The translations under genes and the position numbers were made by a program. Shown in pieces: positions 36,865 through 47,085 of a DNA stretch of 64,000 nucleotides. The stretch lies in IMG/VR virus record IMGVR_UViG_3300006149_000734, one strand, 5' to 3'. The notes under the pieces were generated by a model. That model saw only the letters and a program-made list of their open reading frames with translations. It was not told where the DNA came from and ran no database searches. Within the stretch, counting starts at the first letter, position 1. Every line of letters starts with the position of its first letter. The DNA comes from an uncultured virus (IMG/VR IMGVR_UViG_3300006149_000734) (taxonomy: Duplodnaviria > Heunggongvirae > Uroviricota > Caudoviricetes).

Positions 36865-39800
36865 CTAAAATGGGTTTTGGTTGTAGAAGTCCAGCCCAAG
36901 GATTCCCCTCATGCTATCTTCCTCGACTTTCGTTGTGACGGTCACGAAGTCCTCTATGGGTACGCCGTTGAATTCCGTTATTCCCGCTGCGCTGAATTTG
37001 TCCAGCAGGGCTTTCCGTCTGCGCTCATCCTGGCAGGAGATTCCTACAAAGGTATCTGTGCTGATGCCGTGCCGGAACAGGATTTCGTTGTCGCTGGTGA
37101 AGCTGTTATTGCTGTACTTGCTGCCAGTTTCCGACTTGATGAAGTCCATTGAACCGAGCCGCTTCTGCCATCTGGCATCAGTCGTTCTTGCCGCTCCGAA
37201 GCTGTCACCTCTGTGCGCGTACCAGTCTGTGCGGTTCAACACGTCCGGGCTGATGATCACCCGGTAGTCATCGCCGAGAAAGGACATTGCATAACTCATA
37301 TCCGTCTTTGTGCCAAGCCGGGTGAATACGCCGTCACTGCCGCCCGACTTCATGTCTGCGCCGGGGCTTGCGCCGCATTTCTTCATGCCGGAGGTAATGC
37401 GGTAATTGGTGGCGGCGAAGCCGTCACTCTGGCAGATGGCTACCACGGCATCCGGGCTGTCAACGCCAGCCCAGACGTGCGTTGCTCCTGCTTTCCTGTA
37501 GAGCATTGACGCTGAATCGTCCACATAGGTGCTGTAGCCGGGGAATACCTCTTTCAGCTGCATTCCCTGTATGCGCTTATCGTCTATTCCAGCTTTTGCC
37601 AGAATATCGTCTATCGCCTTTTCCCGCGCACTCCCGGTCAGGTATCTGGCTTTTTCAAACGCTTTCGGGTCCTGCTGCCACGCCAGCCTTGTTTTGCGGA
37701 GCAGAAGTTCCTCTGCGTCTGTGGGGTCTGCGGTCAGCGCACTCAGCCCGGTCTTGTCAAACACGGTCTGCATTACCTTTTTGTCGGCTGCGGCGTTCCC
37801 CGTGGCGGGGATTCTCACTCGAAAATAACCCGCCAGCCCGAATTGCTCTTGATTGCCTATGTCGGAGTAGATTTCCATTTCGCCCTGATCCAGCGTCATT
37901 ATCTTGTAAGCGTCCAGCTTCATTCCGACATCCTTGCGGCTGTAGCCGCCCTGCGCATCCCGCGACAGAAATTCCATCTGTTGGCTGTACCCGCGTTTCT
38001 TTGCGTTTTGCGCGGCTTGCTTCCAGCTTTCCTCTGTCAGCTTCCCGGAAAACTCGTAGTAGTCCGTACCGTCAATCGTCACCCTGCGCCCGGTCAGGTT
38101 CAAGTTCTCCACCATGCCGCCGTCCGACCGAACGGCTACGCCGTGTTGGTTCTTTGGCAGGACGGAGAGATCATCCATGACCTCTGACATCCTGTAGCCG
38201 CTCTCCGTCTTGACCGGGGCTGTCGGTGCTGGTGTCGCTGCGGCGGGTGGTGTCTTAGGTGCGGCCGGCTTCGTGGTTTTCGGCTTCGTGGTCTTGGGCT
38301 TGGGCAGGGGAGTGGTCTTTGGCGATGCCGTGGTTGCTGTTCCTGCCAGTTCATCTGCCCATTTGAACGGGGACGCTGTGCCGTTGCGATCCGCTTCCAG
38401 TTCGGTGTAAAAGTCTGCAAAGGTTTGCCGGAGGTTCTGTTTGCGCTCCAAGATGGAATCAAGCAGTTGCTCTGCCGCTTGTCCTTTGCCGCACACACCC
38501 TCTGCGTAGCTGCGGAAGATTTCACGGTATTCTGCGTCCGGGATGGCTTCCACCCGTTTGATGTACTTTAGCGTGTCCTGCAGGTCGAGGTCGATTTCCC
38601 CGTTGGCGTAGCGGCGATACAGGGTGTTGTGGATCGGCTCTGTTTCGCCGTACTTGCTGTTCGGGTGGTAGGTGTAACTCAGCTTGTGGCTTGCAGGGTC
38701 TTTGAGGTATTTGAACGCCTGTTCTTTGTCGATGCCGATAATGCGCCCGGACGAATCTGTGACGAAGTTCCCGCCGTGGCTGTCATAGTTCCCCAGCAAC
38801 CAGTCAGTGACGGATTCCCTCTGAAGCTGTTCTGCCGTCCCTGCCGGAAGCTGACCGCCGTTGTACTGCCACTGTTTGAAGTCCGTACCGCTGGTCGTGT
38901 TAATGCGCTGCTGGAATGCGCCGAATTTCCCGTCAAGCGTCCCCGTCCCCACTGGAACGGCACTGTCCGGGTCTACGATACTCTGCACCTTATACCCGGC
39001 TTCCTGCGAGTAGGCTCTGAACATCTCCGGCTTTCCGCTCTTGCTCTGGGCGGGTTTGAATAACCACTCTTGCCCGTCTGCATCCTCGTAGATGTACATT
39101 TTCCCTGTGCCGCCGAGATTGGCGGGTCCTTTGTAGGTCATACCGTTCGGGATGGGAATGTCCGGGGGGATGGTGGGCTGGTTCGGGTCTGTAGGCTGGA
39201 CGGGCTGTGCGGCCGCAGGGGGCTGTGTCTGCGGTTGTTGCTGTGGCTGCCCCTGCACATCCATTGTACCCGCTTGCGGGGCTGGATTCAAGTTCGTACC
39301 CTCGATTTCCTCATAGGCTACGGCGCAGCGGCATTGCGGGTGTCCGGGCGGGAGCATCTTCCCGTTGCTGAATGGTTCGTCCATGTTGCGCTTTTCCTCA
39401 TCCATCTTGGAGCATATGGGGCAGACGCGCTCATCGTAAGCGGTCAGCCAGACCTTCATGCAGTCCCCGATGTAGCCCTGCGCCTGTGCGTCCTTTGTCG
39501 CTCCATACGCTCCGGCGTTGTAGGCGTATGCCAGTTCTGTTCGGGCGATGGACTGCGCCCTGTAGCGGTGCTGCCTTGCGGCGTACCGCGCCGATGCTTC
39601 CTGCGCTTTCTTCTCTGCGGTCTCCGGCTTGCCTTTCGGGTGTGCCTTGATGTACGCCGCCTTGACCGTATCGTAGTACCGTGCGTTCGCCAGGGCTTGG
39701 GGCTTTGTCAGCCCGATGCAGGGGCGGATCATCCGCGCCGCTTCGTCCGGCGTGACGGCTGTGTACCCACTGCAGTGCGCTATTACAGCGTTCAGCGCGT

Positions 39801-40218
39801 CCCGCTGCTCTTGGGCGAGGTTCGTCACCAGTTCTGCGCCGTGCTGTTTGATGAAGTCCATACTTGCGCTGACGGACGGCTCGTACACGAAATAGGGGTA
39901 TTGCGCCTTGACCTCCTGCGCCGCTGCGTCTGCCGCCGCTTGCCATTTGGGGGCGAGGGTGGAAGTCACCAGTTTGGAGTAGTCTTTCTGCCATTTCTGG
40001 AATTGCTTTTCAGTCAGCCCCCCGGCGAGGTACGCTTCCCGCAGTTCCTTGTAGGTCACGCTGTTCTGCTGGGCGTTCCAGTTGGACACGAGGATTTCTA
40101 CGGTCTCCGGCTCTGCCGCCGTCAGGAATGATTTCAGCTTATTCAGCGTAGCCTTTTTGCCGCCCGGTTGCTTCTTTGGCTTCTTAGGGGGCGGCTTTGC
40201 CTTTGTAAAGCGTATCAT
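36865..40218 (-). CDS. MuF/phage minor head protein with kinase-like and putative ART-like extensions
   Basis: IARTE, CPIC, HPQCRC (MuF); LFKP, DSHGGN, IDKEQAF (kinase-like); GVFTR, NEILF. Confidence 0.85.
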   Translation of the reverse strand: MIRFTKAKPPPKKPKKQPGGKKATLNKLKSFLTAAEPETVEILVSNWNAQQNSVTYKELREAYLAGGLTEKQFQKWQKDYSKLVTSTLAPKWQAAADAAAQEVKAQYPYFVYEPSVSASMDFIKQHGAELVTNLAQEQRDALNAVIAHCSGYTAVTPDEAARMIRPCIGLTKPQALANARYYDTVKAAYIKAHPKGKPETAEKKAQEASARYAARQHRYRAQSIARTELAYAYNAGAYGATKDAQAQGYIGDCMKVWLTAYDERVCPICSKMDEEKRNMDEPFSNGKMLPPGHPQCRCAVAYEEIEGTNLNPAPQAGTMDVQGQPQQQPQTQPPAAAQPVQPTDPNQPTIPPDIPIPNGMTYKGPANLGGTGKMYIYEDADGQEWLFKPAQSKSGKPEMFRAYSQEAGYKVQSIVDPDSAVPVGTGTLDGKFGAFQQRINTTSGTDFKQWQYNGGQLPAGTAEQLQRESVTDWLLGNYDSHGGNFVTDSSGRIIGIDKEQAFKYLKDPASHKLSYTYHPNSKYGETEPIHNTLYRRYANGEIDLDLQDTLKYIKRVEAIPDAEYREIFRSYAEGVCGKGQAAEQLLDSILERKQNLRQTFADFYTELEADRNGTASPFKWADELAGTATTASPKTTPLPKPKTTKPKTTKPAAPKTPPAAATPAPTAPVKTESGYRMSEVMDDLSVLPKNQHGVAVRSDGGMVENLNLTGRRVTIDGTDYYEFSGKLTEESWKQAAQNAKKRGYSQQMEFLSRDAQGGYSRKDVGMKLDAYKIMTLDQGEMEIYSDIGNQEQFGLAGYFRVRIPATGNAAADKKVMQTVFDKTGLSALTADPTDAEELLLRKTRLAWQQDPKAFEKARYLTGSAREKAIDDILAKAGIDDKRIQGMQLKEVFPGYSTYVDDSASMLYRKAGATHVWAGVDSPDAVVAICQSDGFAATNYRITSGMKKCGASPGADMKSGGSDGVFTRLGTKTDMSYAMSFLGDDYRVIISPDVLNRTDWYAHRGDSFGAARTTDARWQKRLGSMDFIKSETGSKYSNNSFTSDNEILFRHGISTDTFVGISCQDERRRKALLDKFSAAGITEFNGVPIEDFVTVTTKVEEDSMRGILGLDFYNQNPF

Positions 40219-41615
40219 TCCTCATCCTCCCCGTCAGGCGGCTTTTCTTCGCCGTCTGCGCCCTCCTGCGGGTCTACAGGCGGGGCTTCCGGCTCGTTCC
40301 CTTGTTGTTCCTTGCCGTCCCCTGCGCCGCCGTCCTGCGGCTGTTCTGGCGGCTTCTGGTTGCCCATGTACGCTGTCTCCGGGTCGCGCTCCGGGAGGTC
40401 TGCGGCAAGCCGCAGATAGTCCTCCATGCTTTCGTCCGGGGTGATCGCGCCGATGCCGACCATCTTGGACACGAATTCCCCAAGCTGTCCCAGGTCTTGC
40501 GTCTCGATGTCCCCGTGCGTCAGAATCGGGTAGTCGGTGATCCCGGCGAAATGCTCCCCGTTGATGTCTATCAACCGGGGGATTGCCTGATTGTTGAAAA
40601 CCTCGCAGATCAGGTCGAGGAACGCTCCCAGCGCAACGCCGAACAGTTCCGTCTTGTCGCTGGAAAGGGCGAAGCTGCCGACCGCCTGGTGTCCCAGCAG
40701 GACGAAATCGGCGAGGACGGTCATCGCCATGCGGGTATCGTACCGCTCTATGATCTGGTTCGTGTCAAACTGCCGCCGCCCCCCGGTGGAGGTCAGCGAA
40801 AACTTCCAGCCGTTGCCCAGCACGATACCCTCGCGCTCATCCCTGCGGACGCTGCGCACGATGCGCTCTGCCTTTGCCAGTTCTGCGGCGTATTCATCGC
40901 TCCAGATGTCCACGCCCTCCGGGGCTTCCAGAACGGGCAGTCCGGCGAGGTCGCGCTCTATGCCGATGCCCTCTATCTCTTGTATGCGCCGCTTGAAGTA
41001 CCAGTTGCGGTAGCAGTTTCGGAGGACGCTGCGCCCCTCCGGGTTTCCCTTGCGGCTCTTGGTCTTGAAATGCAGGGCTTTCTCTATCGGAATGAATACC
41101 TGTTCATATAGCGGTGGGGCGCACTGGACTAAGCCGATGAGGTTGTCCTTTTCATCGTATTTCCATTCCCAGAGCGTGTCCTGCGAACGAATCGGCAGCT
41201 TGCGCCAGCCGATCAGCCCGTCCGTGTACTTGCTGTTGGTCTCCGGGTTCTTCGAGCGTCCCATGCGCCGCTTGTAGACGATTTCGTGGTAACTCCACCC
41301 GTATGTCAGGAAGGAAAGCACCTCTGAGATGAAGTCGCTCCACGTTTCCTCCATATCGTCCATACAGGTGCGCACGAATTCTGCAGCATCCAAGTCTGCC
41401 TGTTCTGTCCCTGCTTCCTGGATGCTCCACTTGCTTTGGCGCATCAGCATTTCGGTGGCGAACAGGATAGCTCCGATGATGTCATCGTTCTCGGACATCT
41501 CTTTGTAAACCTCGATGCCCTTTCGCCCTTGCAGTTCCCGCAGAAATTCCTCGTATATCCAGCCTGTGTCAAAACGGAACAGGCCGGTCTTGCCGTATTC
41601 TCTGAATGTGTTCAT
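40215..41615 (-). CDS. Portal protein (DUF935-like)
   Basis: NPEGRSVLR, IGIERDLAGLP, GSFAL. Confidence 0.9.
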   Translation of the reverse strand: MNTFREYGKTGLFRFDTGWIYEEFLRELQGRKGIEVYKEMSENDDIIGAILFATEMLMRQSKWSIQEAGTEQADLDAAEFVRTCMDDMEETWSDFISEVLSFLTYGWSYHEIVYKRRMGRSKNPETNSKYTDGLIGWRKLPIRSQDTLWEWKYDEKDNLIGLVQCAPPLYEQVFIPIEKALHFKTKSRKGNPEGRSVLRNCYRNWYFKRRIQEIEGIGIERDLAGLPVLEAPEGVDIWSDEYAAELAKAERIVRSVRRDEREGIVLGNGWKFSLTSTGGRRQFDTNQIIERYDTRMAMTVLADFVLLGHQAVGSFALSSDKTELFGVALGAFLDLICEVFNNQAIPRLIDINGEHFAGITDYPILTHGDIETQDLGQLGEFVSKMVGIGAITPDESMEDYLRLAADLPERDPETAYMGNQKPPEQPQDGGAGDGKEQQGNEPEAPPVDPQEGADGEEKPPDGEDEE

Positions 41616-41641
41616 CGCCCTGCGTCACCCCCTTTCTGCGC

Positions 41642-43123
41642 TTATCTGCGCCAGTAGCTGTCTTTGCTCATGTCACCGCCGCCTATGCTGGAGGTCGGTT
41701 TGCTCATCAGGTATAAAATCGCCTGGACGGTTGCGTCCACCGTGTCTTTGTAGGTTGCTCCGGGGAATCGCAGAAGGTCATCTATCAGGTCTGCTTTCCA
41801 CGGCGCAAATTCCGGGAACAGGACATTTCCCGCTTCAAAGTACGGCGCGACCGACAAAGCCCGATCCTCTTTGCTTCCCTTTGGGTTGAACGGTATCATG
41901 CCCGGTATGGTCTTGCCGAGGTAGTCAATGATGGCGGGGCCGTTGGCTTTGTCCTCCACCACCTTTGCCCTCGCTTTCGGATGCTTTGCGGTCAGGCTCT
42001 TTATCGCCGTGACGCTGGTGGTGAAGTCCATCTTGTCGTTTACCACATCCACAAAGAACAGCTGTGCGCCCTTTCGAGCCATCACGATCCCGGCGCACTT
42101 TGCGCTGGCTTCGCTGTTCTTAAACGGCAGGTCCCACGACTGTATGATGGTTGCCCCGGCTGGCAGTTCGGTGTAGGTATGGTTCATCCATTCCCGCTTG
42201 AATATCGTACCTCCGGCCGGCTGCGGTCGCTGCTGGTACATTGCGCTCCAGTCATAAATGCCCACCGTTGCCCGGATTTTCGTCAGTTCTGTCAGCGGGT
42301 ACTTGTATGTCCACAGGGCTTCTCCCTCTTTGCGGGGGTCCCTGGGGTGTCTGTGCGCTTCTGCGACCGCTGGAAGCAGAAGCACCTCCCATTGGTCTGC
42401 GCTGGGGTCCTTCTTTGCCAATTCCAAAAGCCGCCCAGCGAGGTCATCCTCGTGCCAGCGGGTCAGCGTTATCAGGATGGAGCCCTCTCGCTCCTGCCGG
42501 GTGTAGAGCGTGGATGTGTACCACTCCCACAGCTTTTCACGGTAGGTGCTGCTGTTGGCTTCTTCGCGGTTCTTGATGGGGTCATCAATGATGATGTAAT
42601 CGCCGCCCATGCCTGTAATGCCGCCGCCGACACCTGCGCCCCTGTAACTGCCCCTGTGTCCCACAATCTCGAAGATGTCCGAGTTGCGCAGGGCGTGTCC
42701 CGTCACTGTGCGGATGTTCTTCCCGAATAATCGGGATTCGGGGAACAGTTCGATGTAGGGCTTGCTGTCCATGATCCTCTGCACATCTCGGTTCATCCTC
42801 TGCGCCAAGTCTGCCGAGTAGGATGTGCTGATTATGTTTGCGTCCGGGTTTCGCCCGAAGATGAATGCCGGAAGTTTGCGGCTCACCAGTTCGCTCTTTC
42901 CGTGGCGGGGCGGCATGAATACCATCAGCCGCCGCACTTCCTTTTTCGTGAAAGCGTCCAGGTATTCGCACAGAAGTCTGTGGTGCCAGTTCATTTGATA
43001 GCGGTCATCCGTGAACAGGCAAAATTCCGCGATTGACCTCCGCGCCTTTTCGCGGGCGAGTTCCTTTCGGAGCAGTTCTACATTGCGTGGGTTATTCTGC
43101 AAAAATCTTTCCAGTGATTTCAT
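41642..43123 (-). CDS. Terminase large subunit
   Basis: MPPRHGKS Walker A, IIIDDP, YQQRP, DTVDA. Confidence 0.95.
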   Translation of the reverse strand: MKSLERFLQNNPRNVELLRKELAREKARRSIAEFCLFTDDRYQMNWHHRLLCEYLDAFTKKEVRRLMVFMPPRHGKSELVSRKLPAFIFGRNPDANIISTSYSADLAQRMNRDVQRIMDSKPYIELFPESRLFGKNIRTVTGHALRNSDIFEIVGHRGSYRGAGVGGGITGMGGDYIIIDDPIKNREEANSSTYREKLWEWYTSTLYTRQEREGSILITLTRWHEDDLAGRLLELAKKDPSADQWEVLLLPAVAEAHRHPRDPRKEGEALWTYKYPLTELTKIRATVGIYDWSAMYQQRPQPAGGTIFKREWMNHTYTELPAGATIIQSWDLPFKNSEASAKCAGIVMARKGAQLFFVDVVNDKMDFTTSVTAIKSLTAKHPKARAKVVEDKANGPAIIDYLGKTIPGMIPFNPKGSKEDRALSVAPYFEAGNVLFPEFAPWKADLIDDLLRFPGATYKDTVDATVQAILYLMSKPTSSIGGGDMSKDSYWRR

Positions 43124-43643
43124 CGAGGGCAGCCAGTTCCTCATCTGAAACTTTGCTCAGGTCTATGGAGCCGAAGGAAACCTCACCCGCGATGGTCTGC
43201 TTTCCCTCCGTGCGCTCCGTAACCTCTCCCCGGCTTATACGCTCCAGCTTCGCTGCCACGTCTACCATCGTGGCTACGTCCCTGGGGGTCATTTCGTCCA
43301 CTGGTATCCTCTGCAGGGCTTGCAGGGATTTGACCAGCATTGCTTTTGCGATGCCGACATGGTTCTTGCGCATTTCGGCGATGCCTTTTTGGAGTTCCCT
43401 GCAGGAGCGTCTGTCCAGTTCATCGTCCCATGCGTCAGCCCGGATTCCCCAGTGCCACTGGCTGCTCCACCGTTTCATGAGCGCATCGGATTTGGACAAC
43501 TTTTCGGCCACTTTGTGTAGGCTCCGTTCTGCGCCCATATCCCGGTATGCGGCAAACGCTTGAAATGCCTGTGCGCTCTCTCCATCCTGCCGCTCCCACA
43601 GTTCGGGCGGCGCGTCCTGTCTGGTGATTTTCTTTCCTGCCAT
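43092..43643 (-). CDS. Terminase small subunit
   Basis: WERQDGES..YRDMG HTH; precedes large subunit. Confidence 0.8.
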   Translation of the reverse strand: MAGKKITRQDAPPELWERQDGESAQAFQAFAAYRDMGAERSLHKVAEKLSKSDALMKRWSSQWHWGIRADAWDDELDRRSCRELQKGIAEMRKNHVGIAKAMLVKSLQALQRIPVDEMTPRDVATMVDVAAKLERISRGEVTERTEGKQTIAGEVSFGSIDLSKVSDEELAALDEITGKIFAE

Positions 43644-43649
43644 CGTTCA

Positions 43650-45209
43650 TCACCTCAGTTCGCTTTCCAGTCCGTTCGCCGCTTCCCATTCCTGCTTCAG
43701 CGTGGCGTATGGTATCTCTTTGCCGTCCCGGACACATATCCCCGCCACGTTGCCCGTAATCCGGGCGTAGCGGCTCACTATCACGTCAACGTACTTTGGG
43801 TCTACCTCCGTCAGAAAAGCCGTCCTGCGGGTCAATTCTGCGCCGATGAGGGTCGTTCCGCTCCCGCCGAAAAGGTCAAGGACGATTTCGCCCTCTTGGG
43901 TGCTGTTTTCGATTGCCCTTTGCGCCAGTTCCACGGGTTTCTGTGTCGGGTGTTCCGTTCCTGTTTCCCGGTTTACCTCCCAGAGCGTGTTTTCCTTCCC
44001 CTCACTGTAAAGGTAAACGCCTTTCCCTTTTTCCACTCTCAGGTAGCGGCTCTTTTTGTCTTTGGGCGGCTTTTCGGTGATATGCATCTTACTTCCTGCG
44101 CCGTCCGTGATGGTGATCCCGCCCGATATGGTGGTTTCCATCGTGCCGCTTTCCCTGCGGGTAACGCGCCAGACGGTATGTTGCGCACGGTCTCCGAAAA
44201 AGCGAGGGGCGTTCTCCCCCTTGGAGCAGTAAAAGCACGGCTCGTGCGCCCACTGGTAGTCTGCGTGTCCGAGGGCGATGCCGTTCTTTGCCCAGATGAT
44301 GGTCTGCCGCTCCAAAAGCCCAGCGGCGGTCATGGCGTAGTAGAAGTCCTGCCGTCTGCTGCTGGAGTGCCAGATGTAAAACGCCGCATCGTCTATCGTG
44401 AATGCGACTGCGTGTCGGAACGCCGGGAGAATGAGTTCCTGCACCAGACTGTCCTCTGTCAGATTGTCATTCTCCAGCATCTCAAACTTTCCGCTCTGAC
44501 TGACGTAACTCACACCGTAGGGCGGGTCTGTAAATACGCAGTGCGCCAGCTTCCCGTCCATCAGCCGTTCCACGGTTGCCCGGTCGGTTGCGCTGCCGCA
44601 TATCACTCTGTGTTCGCCCAAAAGCCACAAATCGCCCGGTCTGGACATGGGGATTTGCGGCGGCGGGACTTCATCGTCTACGCCGTCCGCTTCGCTGTCC
44701 CCGTCCCCGGCGATGGCGGTCAGCAGATTCGCTATCTCATCCTCGGTATAGCCGGAGAGGATGACCGGGACTTCCCCTGTATCCATCTCTGCTATGAGGT
44801 CTGCGATCTTCGTGTTGTCTATCTCGGAGAGTTCTGCCAGCCTGTTGTCCGCTATCAGGTCTGCCCATTCCTCCGCTTCGCTGCTGTAGTTCTGGTAGTC
44901 CACGGGTACGCATTCCGCACCGAATTCCAACGCCGCCGCCAGCCGCCCGTGTCCCCGGACAACAAATCCGCTCTGGTTGCTCACCGTGATTGGAGCGCGC
45001 CAGCCTTGCGACTGGATGATGTGCGCCAGCAGATGGATTTGGTCTGCCGGGTGCTGGTTCGGATTGCGGGGGTTGCCCACGAGGTCTTTCGGGTCTATCA
45101 ACTTGTCGAAAGCGCAGAAAACGGGAATGTTCCCTGCTGTCGCTCTCGCTTCGGCTGTGCTTTGGTATGTAACTTTCATGGTCTCTCGCTTGGTTTTCTT
45201 CTTTGCCAT
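43650..45209 (-). CDS. ParB-like domain fused to N6/N4 DNA methyltransferase
   Basis: NPRN, GHGRL, ADNRL; DPPY, HPTQKP, DLFGGSGT. Confidence 0.92.
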   Translation of the reverse strand: MAKKKTKRETMKVTYQSTAEARATAGNIPVFCAFDKLIDPKDLVGNPRNPNQHPADQIHLLAHIIQSQGWRAPITVSNQSGFVVRGHGRLAAALEFGAECVPVDYQNYSSEAEEWADLIADNRLAELSEIDNTKIADLIAEMDTGEVPVILSGYTEDEIANLLTAIAGDGDSEADGVDDEVPPPQIPMSRPGDLWLLGEHRVICGSATDRATVERLMDGKLAHCVFTDPPYGVSYVSQSGKFEMLENDNLTEDSLVQELILPAFRHAVAFTIDDAAFYIWHSSSRRQDFYYAMTAAGLLERQTIIWAKNGIALGHADYQWAHEPCFYCSKGENAPRFFGDRAQHTVWRVTRRESGTMETTISGGITITDGAGSKMHITEKPPKDKKSRYLRVEKGKGVYLYSEGKENTLWEVNRETGTEHPTQKPVELAQRAIENSTQEGEIVLDLFGGSGTTLIGAELTRRTAFLTEVDPKYVDVIVSRYARITGNVAGICVRDGKEIPYATLKQEWEAANGLESELR

Positions 45210-45234
45210 TGCTCATTCCCCTTTCCGGCGCGGC

Positions 45235-45328
45235 AAAAAAGCCGTTGCGGTTCTGTCCCGCAACGGCTTTCTCGTAGGCACATTTTTGATTCTGAAATCA
45301 TTATAGCACCTATTTGGCAACGTTGCAA
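45235..45328 (-). promoter_or_regulatory. Late promoter followed by leader terminator
   Basis: TTGCAA-17-TATAAT (45328..45300); hairpin plus T run at 45270..45235. Confidence 0.7.
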
Positions 45329-45357
45329 GGCAGACTTTTGGCAGCGGTAAATGGCAA

Positions 45358-45876
45358 CTATGCCAATGCTCCCGCACCGTATAAAAATACCGACAAACGC
45401 CCGACCAGCCGGGATTTGTGCGCCCTCACCGTCCTCGGTGCGCAGTGCATCAGGTCGGCGATTTCGTCCTCTGATTTCTGCTCGAAGTATTTGTAGCGGA
45501 TGATGTCCCGGTATTCGTCATCGGCGATTTGCTCTATCGCCTTGTCTATCCGGCTGATCTCGTACTTGTCTCCGTCAATGGTCGCTCTCAGGTCGAGCAT
45601 GACAGCTTCCTTGATTTCGTCCGGCTCCAGCCGGATGCCGCTCTTGATGAACCGGGTTATGCTCTTGCTCCGTCCCCGCAGCCCGTATTGTTCGATTTCT
45701 TCCAGCATTTCCTCATCGTCCTTTATCTTGGCTTGCAGGACGGGGTATGCGTACAGCCGTTTCTCTGTCGCTTTGAATACGTCTTTTGGTTCTCTTGCAC
45801 AGGAGAGCCGCGTGGCGATGACCGCCTTGCTGATTACTTCATCGACTGTTGGTTTCTTTTGCTTGCCCTGCGCCAT
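45358..45876 (-). CDS. Late transcription regulator (RinA/ArpU-like)
   Basis: C-terminal sigma4-like HTH; last gene before packaging module. Confidence 0.8.
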   Translation of the reverse strand: MAQGKQKKPTVDEVISKAVIATRLSCAREPKDVFKATEKRLYAYPVLQAKIKDDEEMLEEIEQYGLRGRSKSITRFIKSGIRLEPDEIKEAVMLDLRATIDGDKYEISRIDKAIEQIADDEYRDIIRYKYFEQKSEDEIADLMHCAPRTVRAHKSRLVGRLSVFLYGAGALA

Positions 45877-45977
45877 GCTTGCTACCTCCTGCTATCCATT
45901 GTTCCATGCCTGTTTCCCTCCAATCTCCGGGGGCGGGGGAGGGGAGCGAATTTTCCCGTTCCCCCGGTTTGTCCCGG

Positions 45978-46298
45978 TCACCTGTACCTCACTTGCTTCC
46001 CCAGCTGGCTGGCGAGTTCAATTTCTCCCTTCATGCCCTCGCTGGTCCCGTTCTCATCAAATACCCACACCTCATCGCACCGCTCCAGCAGCTGTTTGGA
46101 CATCTCCAACGCTTTTTCCCGTTCCTCTGGGTCGTGGTCATCCATAAAATCCTTAAAGAACAGGTGCGGCGTGATCGGGATGTGTCCCTCGTTCACCACG
46201 GTCTTGCTGTACTGCGCCGCCGCCCTCATGTTCCTGTTGTACTTTGCCGTGGTGTAGGGGCGGTCTCCCCGCATGGGGGAGCATACGAAAATCAGCAC
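45978..46298 (-). CDS. Nucleoside deoxyribosyltransferase-like (DUF4406-like) protein
   Basis: FVCSP, PH, CDEVWVF, SEGMKGEI. Confidence 0.75.
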   Translation of the reverse strand: MLIFVCSPMRGDRPYTTAKYNRNMRAAAQYSKTVVNEGHIPITPHLFFKDFMDDHDPEEREKALEMSKQLLERCDEVWVFDENGTSEGMKGEIELASQLGKQVRYR

Positions 46299-46822
46299 CC
46301 TCCTACCTCCTTTAACGCTGCGGCTATCATTTCGTCTGGGACTTCCCATATCCGCTGATTGCCCCTGCAGGGGAGCGGTTTCGGAAGCGGCCGGATGTTC
46401 GCCAGCTTCCATGCGTACATCTCCAGCCCGTAATGTCCGAACATGAGTTCATCGCCTGTCGGCAGCGGGATTTCCTCCCAGCCGATGCGATGCCCGTCCG
46501 CGCCCCGCCTGTATGTGCCGTCCGGGTTCATGGCGGGTTTGCTCTCCATCCACCGCTCTCCGCTGGAGTTCCCCATCACCTGGTAGCACTCTACGAGGTC
46601 TGCGACTGCGATGATGGAGCCTTTCGGCAGTTCCTCCATCCGCTTGCCGAGAATCCCCTGCGTCTTGTCCCGGAGTTCCCCGCCGTACTCAAATGGTTTG
46701 TTCTTCCCGGCGTGGATGGCGATAATGCCACGGTAGGGCGTATCCCACGAGCGCGTTTCGTACTGCTTTGCCCCTGCGACAATCAGCGATGCATAGGGCT
46801 GTAAAATGGTGATTGCTTTCAT
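46292..46822 (-). CDS. ASCH domain protein
   Basis: QPYASLI..GAKQYETRSW..IHAG. Confidence 0.9.
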   Translation of the reverse strand: MKAITILQPYASLIVAGAKQYETRSWDTPYRGIIAIHAGKNKPFEYGGELRDKTQGILGKRMEELPKGSIIAVADLVECYQVMGNSSGERWMESKPAMNPDGTYRRGADGHRIGWEEIPLPTGDELMFGHYGLEMYAWKLANIRPLPKPLPCRGNQRIWEVPDEMIAAALKEVGGC

Positions 46823-47085
46823 TCTGTAGAATCCTCCTTCCCTGTGAAAAGCGTACCCACTGCCGCTTCAATCTGCGCCAGCCGCTTTTCTCCGATGCCT
46901 TTGACGTTCTTGATTTGTTCCATGACCGCCGTGAGGTCTGTCCCCGGCACGGACGCTCTGCCGTCCTTTATGCCCTCCAGGTAGATGCGGGTGCAGAATT
47001 CGTCCAGCTGGGCGTGGTCAAATTTCTTGACTTCCTTGTACTGCGCCCGTGTTGTGGTGTACCGCCCGTTTCTCTTTCGTTTCAT
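46819..47085 (-). CDS. Hypothetical protein with HhH-like motif
   Basis: VKGIGEKR. Confidence 0.7.
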   Translation of the reverse strand: MKRKRNGRYTTTRAQYKEVKKFDHAQLDEFCTRIYLEGIKDGRASVPGTDLTAVMEQIKNVKGIGEKRLAQIEAAVGTLFTGKEDSTE

